In this document: in pieces, positions 38,701 to 48,239 of the stretch
How the letters are laid out: each line of letters starts with the position of its first letter
How positions within the stretch are numbered: position 1 is the stretch's first letter
IMG/VR virus record: IMGVR_UViG_3300027278_000424
Origin: an uncultured virus (IMG/VR IMGVR_UViG_3300027278_000424)
Taxonomy: Duplodnaviria > Heunggongvirae > Uroviricota > Caudoviricetes
Length of the DNA: 64,000 nucleotides
Reading direction: 5' to 3' (one strand)
The notes under the pieces: generated by a model
Databases searched by the model: none
What the model was told of the DNA's origin: nothing
The model's input: the letters and a program-made list of their open reading frames with translations, nothing else
Position numbers and translations under genes: made by a program

Positions 38701-39864
38701 ATGAAAATAGGCTTTATAGGAGTTGGAAAACTCGGAAAAGATGCTGCCGAAGTAATGGCAGAAAAACACGACGTTATAGGTTACGATGTAACAAAAGTTG
38801 AACCGGAAAACTTTAATATGGTAGAAACCATAGGAGAAGTTTGTAAAGGTAGAGAAATGATATTTATAGCGGTTCCAACACCTCACGATCCTGCCTATGA
38901 TGGTAGGTATCCAACAGCACATTTACCAAACAAAGACTTTAACTACCAGATTGTAAAAGACGTACTTACTGAAACAAACAAGTATGTTACAAAAGATCAA
39001 TTAGTAGTTTTAATCTCAACTGTACTACCAGGAACAATTAGAAGAGAGTTTATAGATTTAATTCCTAACGGAAGATTTATCTACAATCCTTATTTAATTG
39101 CAATGGGTACAGTTAAATGGGATATGGTTAATCCTGAGATGGTTATTATTGGAACTGAAGACGGTTCAATGACCGGAGATGCTAAGATGTTACTCGATTT
39201 TTACAAAACGTTTATCACAGAAGGTACACGGTATGAAGTAGGAACTTGGGATGAAGCAGAAGGTATTAAAATATTTTACAATACATTTATTTCTACAAAA
39301 GTAACTTTAGTTAACATGATACAAGATGTTGCCGAAAAAGGAGGTAATATGAATGTAGACGTAGTAACAGGAGCATTAGAAAGATCCACATACCGTATAC
39401 TCGGTAAAGCTTATATGACAGCAGGTATGGGAGATGGAGGAGGATGCCACCCAAGGGACAATATCGCCTTACGTCATATGGCAGAAAAGTTAGGTTTAGG
39501 GTATGATTTATTTGATGCAATAATGAATGCTAGAGAGAAACAAGCTAAAAATCTTGCAGAGACTTTAGTTAAACACGCTCAAGAAAATTCCCTACCTATA
39601 ACAATACTCGGTAAATCTTATAAACCGGATGTACACTACGAAGACGGTTCTACAACTATACTAACAGGTTATTTCTGTGAAGAATTAGGAATAAAACCTG
39701 AATTTGATTTAGAAGTTCCAAATAAGGCAGTTTATTTATTAGGACATATGGGTAAATTTCATGAATACCGGTTTCCTGAAGGCTCTATAGTTATCGATCC
39801 ATGGAGAGCATATAAATCAGATAAAGTTAAAGTAATACATTACGGAAACACCCGACTGGGATGA
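38701..39864 (+). CDS. ugd: UDP-glucose/GDP-mannose 6-dehydrogenase family
   Basis: GFIGVGKLG Rossmann motif, IAVPTP, STVLPGT, K..YN, catalytic GGGCHPRD; TATTTATA at 38675 upstream. Confidence 0.9.
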   Translation: MKIGFIGVGKLGKDAAEVMAEKHDVIGYDVTKVEPENFNMVETIGEVCKGREMIFIAVPTPHDPAYDGRYPTAHLPNKDFNYQIVKDVLTETNKYVTKDQLVVLISTVLPGTIRREFIDLIPNGRFIYNPYLIAMGTVKWDMVNPEMVIIGTEDGSMTGDAKMLLDFYKTFITEGTRYEVGTWDEAEGIKIFYNTFISTKVTLVNMIQDVAEKGGNMNVDVVTGALERSTYRILGKAYMTAGMGDGGGCHPRDNIALRHMAEKLGLGYDLFDAIMNAREKQAKNLAETLVKHAQENSLPITILGKSYKPDVHYEDGSTTILTGYFCEELGIKPEFDLEVPNKAVYLLGHMGKFHEYRFPEGSIVIDPWRAYKSDKVKVIHYGNTRLG

Positions 39865-40505
39865 AAGCAGTAATACTTTCAGGATATTTAGAAAACCTAT
39901 CAGACAATATTAAATCCGTTTTAGATCTTAAAACAGATATGTTTGTACATACCTGGAAAACCAAAGAGAATGAAAGATGGGTAAAAAAGCTACAGAGGTA
40001 TAATAAATTTTGTAACTCAATTAATATTATTGAAGAAGAACCTAAATTCGAAAAAAAATTATATTCTTATGTATATTCAACTTGGCGAGCTGTAAACTTG
40101 ATCACAGAAATTGAACAGTATACATCTATTTTAAAATTCAAACCTAATCTAGATACATATAACATAGAGTATAAAGGAAACTTAGAATTTTACTTTCAAA
40201 AAGCTTCTATACAATCTAGACCATTACTACAGGGGATTAAAAAAGAAGAATGTTTTTACGGGTCAATTTACTACCAAACTATGGATGAAAGAATGTTCTC
40301 TGGGTATCCGTTGGGATTTAGGAAAGTATTTCATACATTGTATAAAGAGTTTCACCTAAATATGGTTAACTTAGACAACCAATTATCTTTAAAGTACGGT
40401 AATGACTACGAAGGTAGTATTTTTTGGAAGGAGTGGTTTGAGAGTAAAGGAATAAAACTAATACAAGATTTAGATTTAAAAATACCTAATAACAGACAGT
40501 TATGA
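39861..40505 (+). CDS. Hypothetical protein, possibly a glycosyltransferase
   Basis: KAVILSG...DMFVHTW N-terminus like phage/capsule GT-like proteins; coupled to ugd. Confidence 0.45.
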   Translation: MKAVILSGYLENLSDNIKSVLDLKTDMFVHTWKTKENERWVKKLQRYNKFCNSINIIEEEPKFEKKLYSYVYSTWRAVNLITEIEQYTSILKFKPNLDTYNIEYKGNLEFYFQKASIQSRPLLQGIKKEECFYGSIYYQTMDERMFSGYPLGFRKVFHTLYKEFHLNMVNLDNQLSLKYGNDYEGSIFWKEWFESKGIKLIQDLDLKIPNNRQL

Positions 40506-40744
40506 AATTAACACAAGAAGAGTTACAGACAATTAAAGAAGTTCAACAACGTCATGCTGCAATTAAAGAAGAATTGAGTTCAATTGGACAAATTAAACTT
40601 AATTTAAAGATGAGGCAATATAAGCTTGAAACTTTTTACTCCCAAACGATTGAAATGGAGCAAAAAACAGCAGCCGATATACAAGCTAAATACGGGAAAG
40701 GTAATATTGATATAGAAAGTGGAGAATTTACTCCCATTCCGTAG
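40502..40744 (+). CDS. Small coiled-coil hypothetical protein
   Basis: KLTQEELQTI...KYGKGNIDIESGEF; immediately upstream of the sheath gene. Confidence 0.7.
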   Translation: MKLTQEELQTIKEVQQRHAAIKEELSSIGQIKLNLKMRQYKLETFYSQTIEMEQKTAADIQAKYGKGNIDIESGEFTPIP

Positions 40745-40859
40745 GAAGGTTTAATAACTTTTAGTCTATTTATATACGTAGTTAAATACCGTTTGCTTAC
40801 CAACAGGTTTAGATATTCTACATATATTTATAATAGACACAAAATAAATTTTACCTAAC

Positions 40860-42575
40860 ATGGCAGAAACAATAATCTCACCAGGTGTATTTCAAAGAGA
40901 GAATGATATTTCATTCATCCAACCCGCACCAGTAGAGGCAGGAGCAGCAATCCTTGGACCAACAGTAAAAGGACCGGTTGAGATTCCTACAATCGTTACT
41001 TCTTATAACGACTATACAAGAAAGTTTGGAGTAACATTTGAATCAGGATCAGATAAACATGAGTTCTTAACTTCAATGGCTGTAAAAAGCTATTTTGATC
41101 AGGGAGGAAATACTTGTTTAGTAACAAGAGTAGTAAGCGGTTCTTATACAGCAGCAACTTCTACAGACATCACAGATGTATCAGGATCTGGAACTTCACC
41201 TTTTGAACTAGAAACTTTAGGTAAAGGTGTTATCTACAACAACCATTCAGGATCAACTTACGGTGAACAAAACTCAGACGGCTCTTTAGTATCCGGTTCT
41301 TCTGATAACTTAAGATTTGAAATCTCAAATGTAGACAGTACAAGAGGTACTTTTGCTTTAGCTGTAAGAAGAGGAGATGATAATACTAAAAATAAAGTAG
41401 TATTAGAATCATTCGTAAACTTATCATTGGATCCTAACTCTCCGAATTATATTGAGAAAGTTATCGGTAACCAAGTTAAAGCAATCTCAGGAGATGCTTC
41501 ACAAGTAACCGTAACAGGAGATTATGTTAATAAGTCTAACTTTATTAGAGTATCAGCAGTTAACTCTCCAACACTCAACTACTTAGAAAACGACGGAGTT
41601 ACTGTAAGAAGTAATTACGCAGATTTACTTCCTATCGCACAGCAAGGAGGATTCCAAGCAGCTACAGGAGATGTAAAAGGAGGAGCGTTACTCTACAATA
41701 ACATTTCTACTCAAACTCAAGGTTTAGAAGGAGGTAACTACGATAACGTTATTACATTATTAGGAAATGCAGATGATTACCAGTTCAATGTTATCTCTGC
41801 ACCTGGTTTAGTTAACGCTTTACACGGTACACAAGTGGATAATCTTATCTCTCTTGTAGAATCTAGAGGAGATAGTATAGCAGTAGTAGATTTAGTAGCT
41901 TACGGGTCTACAGTAGCAAATGCAGCAACAGAGGCAGCTGATCAAAACAGCTCATATGCAGCATCTTACTGGCCATGGTTACAAACTCAATCTTCTACAG
42001 GTAAAAATGTATGGGTACCAGCTTCAGTTGTTATCCCAGGAATTTACGCTTTCACTGATGGAGCAGCAGCACCATGGTTCGCACCAGCAGGTCTTGTACG
42101 AGGAGGAATCGTTGGAGTAATTCAAGCAGAAAGAAAGTTATCTAGAACAGATAGAGATACTTTATATAACGGTAAAGTTAACCCAATCGCTACTTTCCCT
42201 GGAACAGGTTTAGCAGTATTTGGACAGAAAACTTTACAAACTAAAGCTTCTGCTTTAGATAGAGTAAACGTTAGAAGATTATTAATCGACCTTAAGAAGT
42301 TTATTGGTGATCAAGCACAAAACTTAGTATTTGAACAAAATACTATTACAACAAGAAATAAATTCTTATCTACAGTTAATCCTTACTTAGAATCAGTAAC
42401 ACAAAGACAAGGTCTTTATGCTTATAGAGTAGTAATGGATGATACAAACAACACAGCAGATGTTATTGATAGAAACCAATTAGTTGGTCAGATCTTTATA
42501 CAGCCAGCTAAAACAGCAGAATTTATAGTATTAGACTTCGTAGTAGAACCAACAGGAGCTTCTTTCGCAGGATAA
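40860..42575 (+). CDS. Tail sheath protein (gp18-like)
   Basis: ISPGVF.RE.D, GPTVKGP, PWFAPAG..RG, VNPIATFP, GQKTL, DRVNVRRL, PAKTAEFI. Confidence 0.96.
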   Translation: MAETIISPGVFQRENDISFIQPAPVEAGAAILGPTVKGPVEIPTIVTSYNDYTRKFGVTFESGSDKHEFLTSMAVKSYFDQGGNTCLVTRVVSGSYTAATSTDITDVSGSGTSPFELETLGKGVIYNNHSGSTYGEQNSDGSLVSGSSDNLRFEISNVDSTRGTFALAVRRGDDNTKNKVVLESFVNLSLDPNSPNYIEKVIGNQVKAISGDASQVTVTGDYVNKSNFIRVSAVNSPTLNYLENDGVTVRSNYADLLPIAQQGGFQAATGDVKGGALLYNNISTQTQGLEGGNYDNVITLLGNADDYQFNVISAPGLVNALHGTQVDNLISLVESRGDSIAVVDLVAYGSTVANAATEAADQNSSYAASYWPWLQTQSSTGKNVWVPASVVIPGIYAFTDGAAAPWFAPAGLVRGGIVGVIQAERKLSRTDRDTLYNGKVNPIATFPGTGLAVFGQKTLQTKASALDRVNVRRLLIDLKKFIGDQAQNLVFEQNTITTRNKFLSTVNPYLESVTQRQGLYAYRVVMDDTNNTADVIDRNQLVGQIFIQPAKTAEFIVLDFVVEPTGASFAG

Positions 42576-42611
42576 TTTTTTAAACGATATTTATAATAAA
42601 GCAAATATAAC

Positions 42612-43097
42612 ATGGCAGTATTAGATCCAAACGAAATAATGTTCAGAGCATTTGAACCAAAAGTACAAAACAGATTTGTTATGTACATGGATGGAATTCC
42701 TTCCTTCTTGGTTAAAAATGTAAAAGCTCCAACATTTACAGATAACGTAGTTAAATTAGACCATATTAACACATACAGAAAGATTAGAGGAAAAAGAGAG
42801 TGGGAAGATATGACCATGACACTTTACGATCCAATCACTCCATCAGGGGCACAAGCTGTAATGGAATGGGCACGTCTATCTTACGAATCAGTAACCGGTA
42901 GAGCTGGTTATTCAGACTTCTACAAAAAGGACTTAACTTTAAATATTTTAGGGCCTGTTGGAGATATTGTAGGAGAATGGATTATCAAAGGTGCTTTCTT
43001 AACAAATGGAGATTTTGGTCAATTTGACTGGGCTTCAGATGAGGTAGTAGACCTAAACATTACAGTAGCAATGGACTACTGTATCTTAAACTACTAA
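42612..43097 (+). CDS. Tail tube protein (gp19-like)
   Basis: FEPKVQNRF, EW.DMTMTLYDP, YKKD, W.IKGAF; follows the sheath gene. Confidence 0.9.
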   Translation: MAVLDPNEIMFRAFEPKVQNRFVMYMDGIPSFLVKNVKAPTFTDNVVKLDHINTYRKIRGKREWEDMTMTLYDPITPSGAQAVMEWARLSYESVTGRAGYSDFYKKDLTLNILGPVGDIVGEWIIKGAFLTNGDFGQFDWASDEVVDLNITVAMDYCILNY

Positions 43098-43120
43098 GAC
43101 AAAACAATATAATTTATAAA

Positions 43121-43144
43121 GACCCGGATTTAGTCCGGGTTTTT
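43121..43144 (+). terminator. Intrinsic terminator after the tube gene
   Basis: GACCCGGA-TTTAG-TCCGGGTT followed by a T run. Confidence 0.88.
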
Positions 43145-43178
43145 GTTGTTTATAAAATAAAATGTTCTTATATTTATA
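43145..43178 (+). promoter_or_regulatory. Host-type (Bacteroidota sigmaA-like) promoter overlapping a TATTTATA motif
   Basis: GTTG-N20-TATATTTA. Confidence 0.55.
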
Positions 43179-43208
43179 TCTAGAACTAGTTACTATTAAA
43201 TAAAATTT

Positions 43209-43952
43209 ATGGAATCAAAATTTCAATTACCTACCGAAACGGTAGAATTACCATCTAAGGGTTTGCTTTATCCTGAAGATTCTCCATTAGCTAAAGGTAC
43301 TATCGAAATGAAGTACATGACTGCTAAAGAGGAAGATATACTTACTAATCAAAATTATATTCAGAAAGGAACAGTAATTGATAAATTACTACAATCACTA
43401 ATTGTAGAAAAAGAAGTTGAATACAATCAACTACTAATTGGTGATAAAAATGCTATAATGGTAGCAGCACGTATTTTATCTTACGGGAAAGATTACTCTT
43501 TTAATTTTAAAGGTGAAGAATTAACTGTAGACTTGACTTCACTAAATCCTAAAGCAGTTGATTATAGCTTGTACGAAAGCCGCAAAAATCAATTTACTTT
43601 TACTTTACCCACATCAGGTAACGTAGTAACATATAAAATACTTACTCACGAAGATGAAAAAGCTATTGATAGGGAACTACAGGGACTTAAAAAACTTAAT
43701 AAAGAGGAGAGTTCTGAAGTAACAACCCGATTAAAACATATGTTACTTTCAGTTAACGGCCTTTCTGATAGAAAAGAAGTTAGAGATTTCGTTGACGGAT
43801 ACCTTCTTGCTAAAGACGCAAGAGCGTTGAGAGAGGAGTATTCTAAAATAACACCTGATGTAAACTTAGTTTTTCCATATGAAAATGAAAATGGCGTAGA
43901 GGAGGACGTTGACCTTCCAATAGGTCTTAACTTTTTTTGGCCTGACGCCTGA
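43209..43952 (+). CDS. Tail assembly chaperone / baseplate hub assembly protein (gp26/gp51-like)
   Basis: VELPSKG..Y, KYMTAKEEDIL, GDKNAIMVAARI..YG, C-terminal NFFWP; lies between tube and tape measure. Confidence 0.8.
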   Translation: MESKFQLPTETVELPSKGLLYPEDSPLAKGTIEMKYMTAKEEDILTNQNYIQKGTVIDKLLQSLIVEKEVEYNQLLIGDKNAIMVAARILSYGKDYSFNFKGEELTVDLTSLNPKAVDYSLYESRKNQFTFTLPTSGNVVTYKILTHEDEKAIDRELQGLKKLNKEESSEVTTRLKHMLLSVNGLSDRKEVRDFVDGYLLAKDARALREEYSKITPDVNLVFPYENENGVEEDVDLPIGLNFFWPDA

Positions 43953-44184
43953 TTATAAACTGTATGTTTACAGCCAAATACATGAAATAGTTTTTCATGG
44001 AAAAGGAGGGTATACTTGGTACGATGTATATAATATGCCAATCTGGCTTAGAAGGTTTACATTCCAAAAAATACAAGAACACTACTCTAAACAGCAAGAG
44101 CAAAAAAACCCAACTCCAAAAACTCAAAAGAAGGTACATCAACCTAATATAGGTCCTTCTTACAGCACAAAGGCTTCTAAATAA
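43939..44184 (+). CDS. Frameshift extension of the tail assembly chaperone (missed by the ORF track)
   Basis: 81 open codons in the +1 frame right after the T7 run (GLTPDYKLYVYSQIHEIVFHGKGGYTWYDVYNMPIWLRRFTF...). No upstream ATG/GTG/TTG after the in-frame TAG at 43921. Confidence 0.75.
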   Translation, partial: GLTPDYKLYVYSQIHEIVFHGKGGYTWYDVYNMPIWLRRFTFQKIQEHYSKQQEQKNPTPKTQKKVHQPNIGPSYSTKASK

Positions 44185-44196
44185 TTAGAGGCCTTT
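44169..44196 (+). terminator. Hairpin at the end of the frameshift product
   Basis: AAAGGCTTCTAA-ATAA-TTAGAGGCCTTT; followed by TATTTATA at 44199. Confidence 0.6.
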
Positions 44197-44225
44197 ACTA
44201 TTTATAGTATATAGATTTACCGTTA

Positions 44226-46598
44226 ATGGAAAAACAGAATAAACAATCCGAAGAATTAGGGAGATTAGCAAGCGTAGTCGTTGGGCTACAGGAAGCTATA
44301 CGATCTCTTAATGCATCTATAGCACAGACAAGTAAAGAAGCAGCAGCTGTAACAAATGAAGCAGCATCTGTATTTACATCTCAATCAAGGGTAGCAGACA
44401 GTTTGGCCGGTAAACTACAAGGGTACTCAAAAGAGCAGTTAAAAATAAAAGGAGAGTCAAAAAAATTAGAGAAAGACTTAGTCAAAGCTGCAAACGAAAG
44501 AGTAAAACTACAAAGTAAAATAGTATTCTTTGAGCAGAAACTTGCTACCGCTACAGGAGAGGAATCTAAAATCCTTGCAAAACTAATTACACAGTATACA
44601 GATAAGGTTAACTTACTAGACGAAGCAACAGAACATGCCGGTGATTTAAAAGATATTCTAGAAGAAATAGATAAAGAAGTACAGTTTTTCGATGACATGG
44701 CTGATCTTGTTAAAGATGTACCTATACTCAGTAAACTTTTTAGTGATTTCGGGAAAGCAGCAAAAGCAGCAAGAGAAGCAGATGGAAACCGATTTCTAGC
44801 AGGAGCTAAAGTACTAACTGGCTCCATTGCAAAAGCAGGAAGCGCTCTTGGTATGACAATTGCGGTTAAAGGATTAAAACTCACTAACGATCAAGTTACC
44901 GATCTTTCAAGAAATCTTAATATATCTAGAGATCAAGCAGCAGCACTTAGAGAAGAATTTAGTGCTCCAACATTATTTGCAATTCAGGACCTAATAGAAG
45001 CTCAAGCAGCTGTTAATAAGGAACTAGGCTCTACAGGAACTATATCAGCAGAATCCGCTGAATCAATGGCGTTAATGGTTAAACGTCTTGGACTAAGTAA
45101 TGAACAAGCTGCTAAATTTCAAACACTCTCTGCAACTACTGGAAAAACAGTAAAACAGATAACAGAAGAACTCACCGGTCAAGTCCTTGGGCTAAATATT
45201 GCTAATGACACTGCAGTAGATTATAAGCAAGTGATGAAAGACGTTGCTGACGCATCTGCAGCAACCGTAATCACTACCCAGAAATTTCCCGGAGGTATAG
45301 CCAAAGCCGCTTTCCAAGCTAGAAAATTTGGTCTAACTTTAGCACAACTTGAAAGTTCCGCTGGTGGACTATTAAACTTTGAGTCTTCTATAGAAGCAGA
45401 ATTAGAAGCAGAGTTACTAACTGGTAAGCAATTAAATTTAGAGCGGGCTAGAACAGCAGCCCTAACAGGAAACACAGCTGTTTTAGCAGAAGAACTTGCA
45501 AAAAACTTCGGGTCTTTTGCAGAGTACTCAGAAATGAATGTACTCCAGCAAGAAGCTCTTGCTAAAAGTATGGGTCTTTCACGAGAGGAAGCATCTAAAA
45601 TGCTACTTCGTAGAGAAACACTAAAAAGTTTAGATAAAACACTACTACAAGATAGATTTAAAGAACTTTCACTCGCTCAACAAGTTGCAGTACTAGAAGG
45701 TAAAGGGTTAGATAGGGCAGAAGCATTAAAAAAACTAGGTAAAGACGAAATAGATTTTCAAAAATCTAATATGTCTAATGCTGAAGCAACAGCAAACCTA
45801 ACAACGCAGATGCAAGAATCTATGAAAGCTTTTAAAGACCCGCTCAATATAATAGCTAATATAATGTCCTTCTTTGCAGGTCATGCAGGTACTGCTTTAA
45901 TAGCTTTAACAAGTTTGGCAGCTCTTAGGTTTGGAAATATATCTAAATTAGGAAGTGTTTTTAAAAGTATTGGAAAAATATTCAGCAAAGGTGGAGAAAA
46001 AGGAGGTTCTAACTTTGCAAAAGCTTCAGCTAAAAATTTACCCGATAAACAAATACTTTCAGATTTTGGAGGAAAAACTGCAATGCAAGAAGTAAAAGCA
46101 GCAGAAAAAGTAGGTGCTAAGGGTATGGGAAAAATGGCTGCCAAATTTACCGGTAAAGGGTTAGTCAAAAGAATACCCATCTTAGGATCTGTACTTGGAA
46201 TTGGATTTGCTATTGATCGATTAATAAAAGGAGATCTTACAGGAGCCGGTCTTGAAACATTATCTGCAGCAGCAGGTCTACTCGACTTAGTAGCACCAGG
46301 TCTTGGAACTGTATCTTCACTCGGTATAGACGCTGGTATAGCAGCTCGAGACTTAAGCAATTCCGGTACTATAACTCCTACAGCAAACGAGGAACCTGAA
46401 CTGGCAACAGGAGGGATAGTTACCAGCCCTACAAGAGCATTAATAGGAGAAGCAGGCCCAGAAGCTGTGATACCGCTCAATCAACTATATGCAAAACTTG
46501 ACGAATTAATATCAGTTGTTAAATCAGGAGGGCACGTATACATGGATGGAAATAAAGTTGGACATACACTAGCTTTATCAACATATAAATCATACTAA
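44226..46598 (+). CDS. Tape measure protein
   Basis: Ala/Leu/Lys-rich and helical; LLNFESSIEAELEAELLTGKQLNLERAR; C-terminal ATGGIVT.PT.ALIGEAGPEAVIPL; synteny. Confidence 0.85.
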   Translation: MEKQNKQSEELGRLASVVVGLQEAIRSLNASIAQTSKEAAAVTNEAASVFTSQSRVADSLAGKLQGYSKEQLKIKGESKKLEKDLVKAANERVKLQSKIVFFEQKLATATGEESKILAKLITQYTDKVNLLDEATEHAGDLKDILEEIDKEVQFFDDMADLVKDVPILSKLFSDFGKAAKAAREADGNRFLAGAKVLTGSIAKAGSALGMTIAVKGLKLTNDQVTDLSRNLNISRDQAAALREEFSAPTLFAIQDLIEAQAAVNKELGSTGTISAESAESMALMVKRLGLSNEQAAKFQTLSATTGKTVKQITEELTGQVLGLNIANDTAVDYKQVMKDVADASAATVITTQKFPGGIAKAAFQARKFGLTLAQLESSAGGLLNFESSIEAELEAELLTGKQLNLERARTAALTGNTAVLAEELAKNFGSFAEYSEMNVLQQEALAKSMGLSREEASKMLLRRETLKSLDKTLLQDRFKELSLAQQVAVLEGKGLDRAEALKKLGKDEIDFQKSNMSNAEATANLTTQMQESMKAFKDPLNIIANIMSFFAGHAGTALIALTSLAALRFGNISKLGSVFKSIGKIFSKGGEKGGSNFAKASAKNLPDKQILSDFGGKTAMQEVKAAEKVGAKGMGKMAAKFTGKGLVKRIPILGSVLGIGFAIDRLIKGDLTGAGLETLSAAAGLLDLVAPGLGTVSSLGIDAGIAARDLSNSGTITPTANEEPELATGGIVTSPTRALIGEAGPEAVIPLNQLYAKLDELISVVKSGGHVYMDGNKVGHTLALSTYKSY

Positions 46599-46618
46599 AC
46601 TATTTATACTAAAAAGAT

Positions 46619-46819
46619 ATGGCATTATTAGATAAACTAACACAATCACCCTACGGATTAAAAGGTCAAACACCTTCTAAACTACCTGGTGCAGATAAAG
46701 CTTCGACTTTACACAACACCACCTCTATTAATAACACCCCAGAAGGAGAATATCCAGCGTCTACTTTAGACTTAAACGGGAAGATAGGAGCAAAGTACGT
46801 AGATAACTTACCCAAGTAA
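46619..46819 (+). CDS. Small hypothetical tail protein
   Basis: TATTTATA at 46601; C-terminal LDLNG...KYVDNLP. Confidence 0.6.
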   Translation: MALLDKLTQSPYGLKGQTPSKLPGADKASTLHNTTSINNTPEGEYPASTLDLNGKIGAKYVDNLPK

Positions 46820-46825
46820 GACTAA

Positions 46826-48235
46826 ATGGCTATTCTAAGAAACTACATAGAGGGTAACTTAACCCAGTTGAATAAACTGAAGTATGGAGATACCGCTACC
46901 ATAGGTACAGAACCTATTGTACAAAAAACCATACCTACAGATATAAGACAGGCTGGACCGTCCTCAAATCAAGCTTCTAAAAGAATAGACGATTTAAAAC
47001 GAATTGGAACTATACTAACCCAGAAACCTGGTCTAAAGTACCTTGCTAACGAAACAGCTTTAAATGCAGCTAAGGTAACACCAAAAAGTGATCCGAATAA
47101 AACAGTAGCAGGAAATATATTAAGCGGTATAGGTGCAAATCTTTTTAACTCTGTTAAAATTATTGGTTCTACCCTAGCTCAAGTTCCTTTGAATGGAACT
47201 GGTACTCATTTTGTCAAAGGTTTTGCAGGTAAAGGGAAAGGTACTTACTTGTACGGTAAAATAGATGTTGCCCCGCACGTTCTAGCAAGAAATGGCGCTC
47301 CAATACTTGCAGACGCAACATGGGCATCCGAAGCACCGGTCGAAGCACCTAGAGAAAGAGAAGTAGATAACACCCCTCAAGTAAGTACAAAGTTTCTTCC
47401 CTCAGACGGTAATGGAGTTCCAAAAGTAAACAATCCGAAAAATGAGGTTAGAAAAGAAAACCGAATTCTACTAGGGGATGTTGCAAGTATAAAACGTAAT
47501 ATTTCTGATTCATACGCTACAGGAAACTTTATACAAACTCAAGACAAAATAAATTTACTTGGACCATATAAAGGAGAGAAAAAACCGGCAAAAGAAGTCA
47601 ACGATCTAATTAAATTTAGATTTAACGTCATAACTCCTGAAGATAACACATATTTACATTTTAGAGCTTACCTAGATACTTTTTCTGATAACTTTACAGG
47701 AAATTGGAATTCTTTTAATTATGTTGGAAGAGGTGAAAACTTTCATACATACCAAGGTTTTGATAGACAGATTAGCTTAGGGTTTAAGATAGCAGCTCAG
47801 ACAAGATGGGAAATGCGTCCTCTATACCAGAAAATAGTTACTCTTGCTTCTACTACAGCTCCAACTTATCAAGATGGATTTATGAGAGGAACTTTAGTTA
47901 AACTAACAGTAGGAGACTATTTAAGAGAAGTACCCGGATTTTTATCAAGTGTTAATTATAGTTGGCAGCAAGACTATCAATGGGAAATAGCATTAAATAA
48001 TAATGGAGCTGGTAATGGAAATACTGGAGTTGATAATGATCAGCAAGAATTACCTATGGTATTAGACTGCCAGGTAAACTTTACACCAATTCATACATTT
48101 ACCCCTCAAACAGGACTGTATCACTATATTACTACAGATGTTGCACCTGAAACAAATCCTGAAACATTATTCTTTACAAAAAGTCAAAATGGTGAACCAG
48201 GAACTCCTGTAAGACAGCCCGAAGTAAAAGCATAG
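46826..48235 (+). CDS. Baseplate/tube initiator protein (gp48/P2 gpU-like C-domain)
   Basis: FRAYL..FSD...W....YVGRGE.F..Y.GFDRQISLGF, LTVGD, ELP. Confidence 0.65.
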   Translation: MAILRNYIEGNLTQLNKLKYGDTATIGTEPIVQKTIPTDIRQAGPSSNQASKRIDDLKRIGTILTQKPGLKYLANETALNAAKVTPKSDPNKTVAGNILSGIGANLFNSVKIIGSTLAQVPLNGTGTHFVKGFAGKGKGTYLYGKIDVAPHVLARNGAPILADATWASEAPVEAPREREVDNTPQVSTKFLPSDGNGVPKVNNPKNEVRKENRILLGDVASIKRNISDSYATGNFIQTQDKINLLGPYKGEKKPAKEVNDLIKFRFNVITPEDNTYLHFRAYLDTFSDNFTGNWNSFNYVGRGENFHTYQGFDRQISLGFKIAAQTRWEMRPLYQKIVTLASTTAPTYQDGFMRGTLVKLTVGDYLREVPGFLSSVNYSWQQDYQWEIALNNNGAGNGNTGVDNDQQELPMVLDCQVNFTPIHTFTPQTGLYHYITTDVAPETNPETLFFTKSQNGEPGTPVRQPEVKA

Positions 48236-48239
48236 TTAT

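Noticed and set aside
22875..40505. Island as a DNA hypermodification or 7-deazaguanine pathway, or as a host LPS locus (chimeric contig)
   Set aside because: No Que/Dpd, hydroxymethylase or 2OG-Fe base oxidase recognised, and no wzx/wzy/ABC exporter. The genes are co-oriented, coupled and carry the phage promoter motif. DNA modification via genes outside the window is not excluded.
15422..42120. Alternate-frame + strand ORFs 15422-15604, 16853-17110 and 41920-42120
   Set aside because: Nested in larger structural genes; their Gln/Leu-rich composition is the off-frame reading of GCA/TTA-rich codons
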